Below, piece after piece: positions 1-7,345 of a stretch of 13,411 nt of DNA. The stretch's first letter is position 1. Every line of letters starts with the position of its first letter. The DNA comes from a bacterium. Its GTDB lineage: Bacteria; UBA10199; 2-02-FULL-44-16; DYJF01. Where the stretch lies: the NCBI GenBank assembly GCA_041739675.1, contig JBGSNL010000022.1, positions 1-13,411 on the forward strand, read 5' to 3'. The notes below the pieces were generated by a model. The model was not told the DNA's origin, searched no databases, and saw only the letters and a list, made by a program, of their open reading frames with translations. Position numbers and translations under genes: made by a program.

Positions 1-251
1 CCACCGACAATGTAACACTTGAACTCTTTGGCGATTTTCCCGAGCAGCGTTATAGAAGGCCCTTTTTCATCTTCCGCCGCCTCGCGCGTCTTATCAAACG
101 GCCCCATCCAGTTCCACATCTCAGGAAGTGCTATGACATCAACACCCGACCGCCCCGCCTCGCGGCAAAAGCGCTCCGTCTTCTCGAGATTGGCCGATTT
201 GTCGGGCCCAACATCCAGTTGAACAAGCGCTACTTTGATCCGATTGCTCAT
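1..251 (-). CDS. Carbon-nitrogen hydrolase (nitrilase superfamily, Nit1/Nit2-like), N-terminal part only; runs off the left edge
   Basis: Manual translation from ATG at 251-249: MSNRIKVALVQLDVGPDKSANLEKTERFCREAGRSGVDVIALPEMWNWMGPFDKTREAAEDEKGPSITLLGKIAKEFKCYIVGG. It shows the typical KVALVQ, NLE, 'D-V-I-x-LPE' (catalytic Glu) and YIVGG motifs. SD-like GAAGGA at 260-255. Not in the supplied ORF track. Confidence 0.92.
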   Translation of the reverse strand, partial: MSNRIKVALVQLDVGPDKSANLEKTERFCREAGRSGVDVIALPEMWNWMGPFDKTREAAEDEKGPSITLLGKIAKEFKCYIVG

Positions 252-260
252 AAATCCTTC

Positions 261-430
261 TTAGAATTGATTGGCGTAGGGGTTCGTGGGGTTTGGGGGC
301 GTCCCGGAAGCAGCCGCATCTATGGATATGATAACGCGGCTGCTGAGGGACGAGGTGCGCCCCAATCCCCGTAAGGTTGGGGCGACGCCGTACCCCAAAC
401 CCCACAACCCCGAAAGCCAACCAATTCTAA
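261..430. repeat. 170-nt branched inverted-repeat element (MITE/REP-like or structured RNA)
   Basis: Terminal IR 261-275/416-430 (14/15 match). Second stem 279-298/393-411 with one bulge. Inner hairpin A: CGTCCC 300-305/GGGACG 347-352 plus AGCAGCCGC 309-317/GCGGCTGCT 336-344. Inner hairpin B: CGCCCCAA 358-365/TTGGGGCG 377-384. Confidence 0.8.
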
Positions 431-435
431 AAGAA

Positions 436-1302
436 TCACTCCTTTTTAATATAAAACTCATTCGAATAGACCGGCGGGATATTGAAATCCTCGCTCGTGA
501 ATATCGTGAGCCGGTATTTGCCAAAAGGCGCGTCCGAAGGCTTCCATTCATAGCCGATCTCGCCGCCGGGATTCACGATGTGCCTTTTCTTTTTCTTTTC
601 TATCGCCTCATGCTCCGCCCACTTGCCCTTTCTGAAATGTTCATACCAGACGTTCATCGTCAACGGCACCTTCTCATAGGCGACATTTGTGATTGCGACT
701 TTTATTGGCTCACCCTTGCGATATTCGTTCTTATCCGTGACGGCCTTCCACAAATGATTCGGATTCGCCTCCATGCCCACAAGCACCCGCTCTTTTGCCC
801 TTGTCTCCCCCCACGTACGAACCGGCCCTAAATCGACATGCACAAAATTGTAAGGGGGATAGACGCCCACGCCGCCTCTTCCCAAAGAGATTGCATAATC
901 GCCCAGCGTCTTCTCGGTTATCTCATCTATATGAATGTCTGCTGCAATCCCCTGAAGGTGCAGACTTTCGGATGCGACAGTCCGCCCGTTTTTTTTCAGG
1001 TCGCTGTTATACGCCGGGCTCCTAAAGCCTGAAATTATCTCAACCGCCTCCGCACCGAAATGATCCTGTATGTCGTCAAGAAGTTCGATCAGGGCGGTAG
1101 GGATTGGAAAGACAACTCCGTCGGGGGAGCGCATCAGATTATTTATCTTTTGAAGAGCCTCTTTATCATAACCCTTGGCCGTCTTGTAGGTTACATCGAT
1201 CACTTCGTCAGCGTGATAGTTGTACAAGAATAGGCGGCCGTCACCTGCTATTGCCTGCCGCAAGAAGAAAAAACAGAAAAGAAACAGGATGATTTTTTTC
1301 AT
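436..1302 (-). CDS. YcbK/MepK-family (DUF882, peptidase M15) peptidoglycan endopeptidase with signal peptide and C-terminal Ig-like beta domain
   Basis: Motifs IISGFRSPAYN, SLHLQGIAAD (Zn ligands His and Asp), GGVGVYP and FVHVDLGPVRTW (third Zn ligand His). N-terminal MKKIILFLFCFFFLRQAIA is Sec-like. Start overlaps the AsmA stop (ATGA at 1302-1299). Confidence 0.9.
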   Translation of the reverse strand: MKKIILFLFCFFFLRQAIAGDGRLFLYNYHADEVIDVTYKTAKGYDKEALQKINNLMRSPDGVVFPIPTALIELLDDIQDHFGAEAVEIISGFRSPAYNSDLKKNGRTVASESLHLQGIAADIHIDEITEKTLGDYAISLGRGGVGVYPPYNFVHVDLGPVRTWGETRAKERVLVGMEANPNHLWKAVTDKNEYRKGEPIKVAITNVAYEKVPLTMNVWYEHFRKGKWAEHEAIEKKKKRHIVNPGGEIGYEWKPSDAPFGKYRLTIFTSEDFNIPPVYSNEFYIKKE

Positions 1303-3566
1303 TGCCCTATTATCACCTTCATCGTGTCTTCATCCACATCGCTCGACATCTTTCCCTTTGTCGTTTCTTTTTGGACTTTTTTCTTCGCAGGTTTTGCAGC
1401 TTCCCCCTCCGTTGTCGGGGCGGGAGCCTCTGCGGCAGGTTTGGGTTTCGCCTTCTTCACCGCGGGCGCGGCTGGCGTAGCAGGTGTTGGCGCGGCAGGA
1501 GTCGTCGGAGTGGTTGCGGGGGCAGGTGTCGTCGGCGCGGCAGGAGTTGTAGCCGCAGCGGCCGCAGGCGTTGCCGTTCTCTTCAAATTGTCCGCAAACT
1601 TCGCCTCGTCGGGCTTCACCGACATCGCCATGAGCGTGCCGGAAACGGAAAAAGGAACGTCCAGGGTGCCGTCGGCAGTCGCAACTCCCTTTCTCGATGC
1701 CGGATCTTTTATAAGAAGGGCGGTCGTATCTTTTGAAATATAAATATCGCCGTCTCCCGACACCTCGCCCGGAAGGGTGATCGTCCCCTTGCCTTCCGCG
1801 CGATATTGGGGATGCGACCATTCGATCTTTGAAATGTTCAGCGTGCCCTCTTTGAAATTGAACGATGCCTTCAGGTCCTTGACATCGCCCTCCAGCGCGG
1901 AAAGACCGTCGCGCGCCGCGACATCGAGGCCTCCCGTCACGTACGATTCAAGCGCCTTCCAGACCGGTTGGGTGAGTATCTGCGCTCCGACTTTCAGCGG
2001 GGCTATCTGACCTGTCCCCATCACTAGCGTTCCTTCCGACGAAAAGCTCTCCCTTACGGAGACATTATCCGTTCCGCTTGCGTCGGCCTTCAGAACGAGC
2101 GACGCAATACCGGTCATGATCGCGGGCAGTGTTGGAATTTTAGCCGTATCGAGATTGTCCGCCACAAGTTCAAAGTGAAACGTGGGAATAGATTTCAGAT
2201 CTATGGAGCCGTTTCCCGAGAGCGCGCCGTCGTACAAAATACCTTTCAGCGCATTCAATATGATCGCATCCGATGCGTACTGGAAATCGGTCTCGAAGTT
2301 AGAAAGCGTATGGGCAAGAGCGGAAACCCTTGCCGCCGACACGTGTCCCGCAATCGTCCTTCCAGTCTCCGCTGTAAGCGGGCCGGATACGTTGATGGCA
2401 ATGGCCGGAGTGGCCAGCTCGTCGAAGATCGTTAAAAATGGAAAATAGCCCTTGAGCTCGCCGGCATCGAAGGCTGTGGATGAAAGGGCAAGCTGGGCAG
2501 GATAACCCGGCTGATTGACAACGGAGCCGGTCAGATGAAAAGCGGACTCCCCTATCGAAAAAGCTGCATCTTCCACCGTTATGTGCGTCGGTTGATACGT
2601 CCCTGAAAAAATTATTTTGAACGGGCGGTTCGATTCCTTGTTGAAGATGGAGCCGATACGAAATTTGGGGGCAGTGGCGTCTATGTGGCATTTCACTGCA
2701 AGATTTTCTTTTGTCCCGTTGAAGGCCGCATCTAACGCAAATGGGCCCGTCAACTCCGCGCCGAAGGGAAGCCCCTGCGCCAAAGACGGAATCGCGAAAC
2801 CTAGCGACTGAAGCGTAACGGCCGTCGTCGCAACGTGAACGTCGAACGATTTCACGTCGTACTTGTACGATCCGTCGATACCAAATCTCGATCCGCCGTA
2901 AAAAAGATCGGCCTGTTTTGCCTGAACGATTTTCTGCTCGGTATCGGCCACAAATTGCCCGGAGAGATTGATGCTCTGCTTTCCCGCTTTCTCGACCGCC
3001 GCTGATAATCTCACAGAAGCGGAAAATACCTGCCCGAACTTCAGATCGGAGGCGGCAAATTCGATCTCGCTTACGACAAACGGATTTTGATCTCCTTCCT
3101 TCATATAGCGGAATATCCCGCCGTTCACGAGCAAAGAGCGGATCTCGTAGCTTTTCTTCTCTTTCTTCGCGTCCTTCTTCTCGTGTGCGAGAAGGGATAC
3201 GTTTGTCGTATTGTCGGAGGCAACCCTGTAGTCAAACGTCGCGTTCTTTATCGTCAAATCCGTTACGATCTTTCCGCGGAAGAGGGGCCCCGGCGATAAG
3301 CCTCCCTGAACAGCAGCGGCATGAAATATCGGAACTCCCTTGAACGGAACTTTTGTCGTGGAAACGGTGAGCCCGTATATCGTGAACGCAGGATATGGAA
3401 GAAACTGGAAGCGGAACGAATCGATCGTCACATCCGCGTCCGCGAAATATCTTATCTCTTCGACGATCGCTTGTTTATAATTTTTGGAGGGGACGACAAA
3501 CGGGGCGACGAAGAGCATGATCATCGCCGCCGCAAACGCCACAACCACTGCCAGAAATATCTTCAT
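1299..3566 (-). CDS. AsmA-family protein (bridge-like lipid-transfer superfamily) with Pro/Ala/Thr- and Lys-rich C-terminal tail; probable start ATG 3566 (755 aa)
   Basis: N-terminal TM anchor MKIFLAVVVAFAAAMIMLFVAPFVVP is followed by NYKQAIVEEI...FQFLPYP...LSPGPLFRGKIV, typical of an AsmA N-terminus. The body is beta-rich (LYDGALSGNGSIDL) and ends in an AsmA_2-like segment, GTLDVPFSVSGTL. The ORF-track start at 3620 overlaps the upstream gene; ATG 3566 lies 7 nt after its stop. Confidence 0.8.
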   Translation of the reverse strand: MKIFLAVVVAFAAAMIMLFVAPFVVPSKNYKQAIVEEIRYFADADVTIDSFRFQFLPYPAFTIYGLTVSTTKVPFKGVPIFHAAAVQGGLSPGPLFRGKIVTDLTIKNATFDYRVASDNTTNVSLLAHEKKDAKKEKKSYEIRSLLVNGGIFRYMKEGDQNPFVVSEIEFAASDLKFGQVFSASVRLSAAVEKAGKQSINLSGQFVADTEQKIVQAKQADLFYGGSRFGIDGSYKYDVKSFDVHVATTAVTLQSLGFAIPSLAQGLPFGAELTGPFALDAAFNGTKENLAVKCHIDATAPKFRIGSIFNKESNRPFKIIFSGTYQPTHITVEDAAFSIGESAFHLTGSVVNQPGYPAQLALSSTAFDAGELKGYFPFLTIFDELATPAIAINVSGPLTAETGRTIAGHVSAARVSALAHTLSNFETDFQYASDAIILNALKGILYDGALSGNGSIDLKSIPTFHFELVADNLDTAKIPTLPAIMTGIASLVLKADASGTDNVSVRESFSSEGTLVMGTGQIAPLKVGAQILTQPVWKALESYVTGGLDVAARDGLSALEGDVKDLKASFNFKEGTLNISKIEWSHPQYRAEGKGTITLPGEVSGDGDIYISKDTTALLIKDPASRKGVATADGTLDVPFSVSGTLMAMSVKPDEAKFADNLKRTATPAAAAATTPAAPTTPAPATTPTTPAAPTPATPAAPAVKKAKPKPAAEAPAPTTEGEAAKPAKKKVQKETTKGKMSSDVDEDTMKVIIGQ

Positions 3567-3573
3567 AGAATGA

Positions 3574-3870
3574 TCAATTGTGCAGCATGACTTTGACTTC
3601 CTCAAGCCAGAGAACCACAAGATCGTGGATATTTTTGTCGAGATTCGGGGGGATCTTGTGCGTCTTCAAGACGTCCATAAAGATATCAAGGGCTTTCTGT
3701 GTTTCGCCCACCGTAAGAGGAACGCCCGTCTTCTTGATCAACTCGTCGCGAAACTTGAGGGTCGCGGAGACGAGCATGCGGAACATCTGATGCGATTTTT
3801 CGTCCGCGTGCTGAAAGTGTTCCGCAATCTTTCCGAAAAGCTTTTCAATATCATCATCTTTTGTTGACAT
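3574..3870 (-). CDS. Small hypothetical helical protein (98 aa, MSTKDDDIEKLFGK...)
   Basis: Protein-like amphipathic composition from ATG 3870 and tight spacing to AsmA. The longer 164-aa version overlaps the MFS gene in antisense, so the shorter start is preferred. Confidence 0.75.
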   Translation of the reverse strand: MSTKDDDIEKLFGKIAEHFQHADEKSHQMFRMLVSATLKFRDELIKKTGVPLTVGETQKALDIFMDVLKTHKIPPNLDKNIHDLVVLWLEEVKVMLHN

Positions 3871-3877
3871 AGCGGGC

Positions 3878-3906
3878 AGCCTAGATAATTGTCGTGGTGC
3901 AGTCAA
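3878..3906 (-). promoter_or_regulatory. Putative sigma70 promoter TTGACT-17-TAGGCT for the leftward operon (possibly leaderless)
   Basis: -35 at 3906-3901, -10 at 3883-3878, exact 17-nt spacer. ATG 3870 follows 7 nt after the -10 with no SD. Confidence 0.5.
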
Positions 3907-3916
3907 ACATAATCCT

Positions 3917-5101
3917 ATGAAGAATCCCTTGAGAGACATTCCGCGAAACGCCTTTGTTCTGGGGGCTGCAAGTCTCTTGAACGACATCGCAAGCGAGATG
4001 GTGGCGCCGCTTTTGCCCATCTTTCTCACGGTAACGCTGGGCGCGGGACCCGCCGCACTGGGACTCATCGAGGGTGTGGCTGAAACAACTTCAAGTGTAT
4101 TGAAAATTATCTCCGGCTACATATCCGATCGTCTGGGAAAAAGAAAAAATATCGTTCTTGCCGGATACTCAATTGCGGCCGTCGCGCGTCCGATGATCGC
4201 CGCCGCAACGTCATGGCTTCACGTGCTCACACTCCGCTTCGCCGACCGCGTCGGAAAAGGGATAAGAACAGCACCGCGCGACGCGCTTCTTGCCGATTCC
4301 GCGAAAGAATCCTCACGCGGAAAGGTGTTCGGCTTTCACAGGGCGCTGGACAACGCTGGCGCAGTCGTGGGCCCCATCATCGCTTTTCTTCTCATACGCG
4401 AATGGAGCCTCTCCTACAGGCTCATCTTTTTCGCCGCGCTCATCCCCGGTCTTCTCTCCGCGATTTCAATTGCCATGTTCGTGAAAGAGCGCGCGCCGGA
4501 AGTGAAGGCGGCATTCGTCAGATTCAGATGGAGCGGAGTGGACTCCCGCTTCCATGTCTTCCTTATCGTCCTTTTCATCTTCACGCTCGGTAACGCGTCC
4601 GACGCGTTTTTGATCTTGCGCGCCGTAGACTGCGGTATTCCTGCCACGTGGATCCCCGTCTTATGGGCCGGATTCAATCTCGTGAAATTCGTCGTATCGA
4701 CGCCGGGCGGCGCGCTCTCGGACCGCATCGGAAGGAGACCGGTCATCATTGCGGGCTGGTTCATCTATGCCGCCATCTACGCGGCCTTTGCAATCGCATC
4801 AACGCCCCTGCATATTGCGCTCATCTTCGCGGGTTACGGCGTTTATTACGGGCTCACCGAAGGTGTCGAGCGCGCGTTCGTGACCGATCTAGTACCCGCC
4901 AACGTACGCGCCACGGCGTTCGGCCTCTACAACGCCACGATAGGGGTTGCGGCGTTGCCTGCCAGCGTGCTCTTCGGTGTCATTTGGAAATATTTCGGTA
5001 TGAAGGCGGCGTTTTTCTGGGCGGTGGCGCTGGCCGCGATCGCTTCGTTCGCTCTTCTAATTTTCGTAAAACCGCGCGCGGCCGCCGCACCGAATTCATA
5101 A
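3917..5101 (+). CDS. Major facilitator superfamily transporter
   Basis: About 12 hydrophobic segments. MFS motif A appears twice (GYISDRLGKRK, GALSDRIGRR). Family motifs DRVGKGIRTAPRDAL and FGFHRALDNAGAVVGP. Confidence 0.95.
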   Translation: MKNPLRDIPRNAFVLGAASLLNDIASEMVAPLLPIFLTVTLGAGPAALGLIEGVAETTSSVLKIISGYISDRLGKRKNIVLAGYSIAAVARPMIAAATSWLHVLTLRFADRVGKGIRTAPRDALLADSAKESSRGKVFGFHRALDNAGAVVGPIIAFLLIREWSLSYRLIFFAALIPGLLSAISIAMFVKERAPEVKAAFVRFRWSGVDSRFHVFLIVLFIFTLGNASDAFLILRAVDCGIPATWIPVLWAGFNLVKFVVSTPGGALSDRIGRRPVIIAGWFIYAAIYAAFAIASTPLHIALIFAGYGVYYGLTEGVERAFVTDLVPANVRATAFGLYNATIGVAALPASVLFGVIWKYFGMKAAFFWAVALAAIASFALLIFVKPRAAAAPNS

Positions 5102-5134
5102 AAATAAAAAAGCCCGGCTTGAAGGCCGGGCTTT
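5101..5134. terminator. Intrinsic terminator between convergent genes, strongest on the minus strand and probably bidirectional
   Basis: Stem AAAGCCCGGC 5109-5118 / GCCGGGCTTT 5125-5134. A long A-tract on the left gives a U-tract on the minus strand; a short TTT lies on the right. Confidence 0.85.
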
Positions 5135-5151
5135 ATCAAATAAACCTCCAA

Positions 5152-5850
5152 TTATTCCGTACAAGTCGAGCAATCGGTCGAAATAGCGCAGACCTGTGTC
5201 GTGGAATCTATCGTCACAGAGGCTGTTCCGGTGCACGTGACCGCCGGTTCGACCCCTTCTGCGAGAGTTGCGGCCACGTCCAGATCGTCAAGATTGACCG
5301 TTCCCGCAGCCGTGCCCGTTGCCGTGAGCGTTCCGGCCAGCGCACCCGTGAACGTGCCTGCGGTGGGAAGAGAATCGGTGGGCCCGCTCACGGAACCCGT
5401 GAACCGCGAACTTCCCGGACCATTGAGCACTTCGGCGTATTCGGTGCCACCGATTGTCGCGTTAGCCGCGCAGTCGTGAAACGTGAGATTCACGTCGAAG
5501 ATCAAATTTGTGCATGAATAACCACTGGCCGTCTCCGTGCAGTCGCCAGTGCCCGTTGCCGAGGCATCGACCGTGCCGCCGTTTCTGCAGGTGTGTGTCG
5601 CCGTGCCGCTTCCTTCGTAAATAGCCTTGGCAACTTTTACGACGGTGGCCTTCGGCGCGAAAGTGGCGAATGCGGCTTCCATTCCCGTCAACGATGCGTC
5701 CATCGACGCTTGACGGGAGGAAACTGTCAACGCTTTCGTGGCGTCCGATGTCGGAGTTGGCGTTGGTGTGGGAGTTCCACCGCCACTACCGCCGCAAGAT
5801 GCAATAAAACCCACGACAGCAATCGTGGCAAATAAAACAAACTTTTTCAT
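5152..5850 (-). CDS. Cys/Thr/Gly-rich lipoprotein of unknown function
   Basis: Lipoprotein signal MKKFVLFATIAVVGFIAS-C, then a GGSGGG-(TP)n linker and 8 further Cys in a beta-rich body. SD AAGGAGG at 5862-5856. Confidence 0.85.
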   Translation of the reverse strand: MKKFVLFATIAVVGFIASCGGSGGGTPTPTPTPTSDATKALTVSSRQASMDASLTGMEAAFATFAPKATVVKVAKAIYEGSGTATHTCRNGGTVDASATGTGDCTETASGYSCTNLIFDVNLTFHDCAANATIGGTEYAEVLNGPGSSRFTGSVSGPTDSLPTAGTFTGALAGTLTATGTAAGTVNLDDLDVAATLAEGVEPAVTCTGTASVTIDSTTQVCAISTDCSTCTE

Positions 5851-5877
5851 AAATTCCTCCTTATATTATGGAAAGTA

Positions 5878-5906
5878 CTTATAACATTTCTATTCGAACT
5901 CTTCAA
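5878..5906 (-). promoter_or_regulatory. Putative sigma70 promoter TTGAAG-17-TATAAG with extended -10 (TGn) for the lipoprotein gene
   Basis: -35 at 5906-5901, -10 at 5883-5878, 17-nt spacer, TG at 5886-5885, AT-rich context. Confidence 0.5.
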
Positions 5907-7213
5907 CGGGATTGCATCGCCGGACAATGGGGCGGGTGATAGCGCAAATCGCCCTCGTTTATCTCATAGAGCGTCCTGAATGTAGGTTCGCTCCAGAAGC
6001 CGAAACCGTTCTGCCTCGCGATGTCGTTTGCCGCCTGATACTCATCGCCGTCTTGATTCCTGTACTTTTCATAACCGTAAACGCTGCCCGTGATGATCTG
6101 CAGTATCTGGTCGTCCGCCATATAGTGCTCGCCATGGGCTACGATGAACGCTTCATACTGGACGGCAATCTCGCCGCACTTCTCCACGCTGAACATTGTT
6201 TCCGGATCCGGAAAACTCTCCCCCAGCATTTGGAGGAGCTGCCCTACTTTGGGATCCCTGATTCTCTCCAGTTCCTGTACGAGCGGCCTCACCTGCGCCT
6301 TGTACTCTTCGAGCATCCTTCTTCCTTCTTGAGCCATGAGTACCGGCAATCGCTGGCGCAAATAGATACCCAGAAACGAGGGATACATCTGATAAAAAGA
6401 TCCCAGCCGCCTCCCGTAAATGTCGAACGGCTGCCATGTACCGCAAAGTATGGGCGGCGTCTTTTCCCCTTCACCCTCCCAGATCCATTGAATCTGCGAT
6501 TCCTCCAACGTTCGCGGCACGCCTTCGCTGCCGTTCCACGTGTTGAGATCGTTCCTTATAAGCGCCGCAATCCCGCCCGTGTAATCGATGTGCATCGCAA
6601 TGAATTTGTTCACGAGCATCGTCTCTGCCTTGGTCAGCCGCGCACCCTCCAGCCATTCGCCGCGAAGTTTGTCCGTATTCTCGACAAGCTTAGGGCTGAA
6701 GGGGTTGGGCTTCTCCTTACCGGGACGGCCCACATAATATGTCCCCACCTCCGGCGCGTCGATGCCGCTCACGCGCACACTCACAATCGCTTGATCTATC
6801 GCGCACTCTTCGGGTTGAATCTCCTTGATCCTGCATGTGTCCGCATCGTGACATGCGATGAAAATTATCTGATGCGGAGCGGGCGCGACCCTTAAAGGAT
6901 CTCCTCCGCCCAAGAAGACGTTGAATAACCCTTCCGCGAGATGCGAGTTGTCCGATCCGTCGGAGAGCGTTTCGGCCACAAAACGCGGCAGTGAAAAAAG
7001 ATACGCCTCAAAACCGGAAACCGAATTTCTCGTGGTATAGGTGTCCGGAAGATCGGCGCCCACCTTATCAAGCCGGCTATTCACTCGATTTGTTAAGAGC
7101 TCTGAAATGTCGGACGATTCCAAATCCGAATCGCCGAAAAAGGGAAGAACGCGCTCTGAAAGATCGTCCACAAGATAACGATCGAGCGGGCAGAACTGCG
7201 CTGATGCTGTCAT
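5903..7213 (-). CDS. Thermonuclease (staphylococcal nuclease)-like protein with N-terminal extension and two large insertions
   Basis: SNase motifs in the correct order: HDADT (D123), VRVSGIDAPE (R147, D152, E155), DIYGRRLG (D264, R268), QILQIITGSVYGYEKY and YQAANDIARQNGFGFWS (W407). SD GGAGG lies upstream of ATG 7213. Confidence 0.75.
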   Translation of the reverse strand: MTASAQFCPLDRYLVDDLSERVLPFFGDSDLESSDISELLTNRVNSRLDKVGADLPDTYTTRNSVSGFEAYLFSLPRFVAETLSDGSDNSHLAEGLFNVFLGGGDPLRVAPAPHQIIFIACHDADTCRIKEIQPEECAIDQAIVSVRVSGIDAPEVGTYYVGRPGKEKPNPFSPKLVENTDKLRGEWLEGARLTKAETMLVNKFIAMHIDYTGGIAALIRNDLNTWNGSEGVPRTLEESQIQWIWEGEGEKTPPILCGTWQPFDIYGRRLGSFYQMYPSFLGIYLRQRLPVLMAQEGRRMLEEYKAQVRPLVQELERIRDPKVGQLLQMLGESFPDPETMFSVEKCGEIAVQYEAFIVAHGEHYMADDQILQIITGSVYGYEKYRNQDGDEYQAANDIARQNGFGFWSEPTFRTLYEINEGDLRYHPPHCPAMQSR

Positions 7214-7294
7214 ACGGCCCTCCCACCCCCACGATCTATTGACCGCTTATAGGAGAATCCGCGCAAAAAATAAAGCATAATTGTGAACTGATCC

Positions 7295-7323
7295 TTGGCA
7301 AACCCCTTCAAATCATTTATTAT
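7295..7323 (+). promoter_or_regulatory. Putative sigma70 promoter TTGGCA-17-TATTAT for the Lon-OPT-cdd operon
   Basis: -35 at 7295-7300, -10 at 7318-7323, 17-nt spacer, followed by SD-like AAGGGGGG and ATG 7346. Confidence 0.55.
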
Positions 7324-7345
7324 TCGACCACTTAAAGGGGGGATC

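Noticed and set aside
261..430. 6S RNA, SRP RNA, tRNA or riboswitch identity for the structured element
   Set aside because: The size resembles 6S, but it is a branched near-perfect IR without the central bubble. I see no SRP GGAA/AGCAG loop context, cloverleaf or recognisable riboswitch core. An Rfam search is needed to be definitive.
139..831. ORFs 139-420 (-), 261-551 (-) and 286-831 (+)
   Set aside because: They run through the repeat element and overlap well-supported genes, with no protein-like motifs.
1302..1821. Ala/Gly/Arg-rich ORFs over the AsmA tail
   Set aside because: Antisense or alternative-frame shadows of the GC-rich low-complexity tail.
3567..4068. Extended starts at 3620 (AsmA) and 4068 (98-aa gene)
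   Set aside because: They overlap neighbouring genes; ATG 3566 and ATG 3870 fit the signal anchor, spacing and promoter better.
4648..5517. 289-aa plus-strand ORF
   Set aside because: An Arg-rich off-frame shadow that crosses the MFS gene, the terminator and the lipoprotein gene.
5912..6895. 327-aa plus-strand ORF antisense to the nuclease-like gene
   Set aside because: No motifs and a typical antisense composition; the minus frame carries the ordered SNase motifs and an SD.
7303..7340. Imperfect inverted repeat CCCCTTCAA / TTAAAGGGG that could occlude the Lon SD or act as an operator
   Set aside because: Only an 8/9 match, and the left arm lies inside the predicted promoter spacer so it would not be transcribed. 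Too weak to call.
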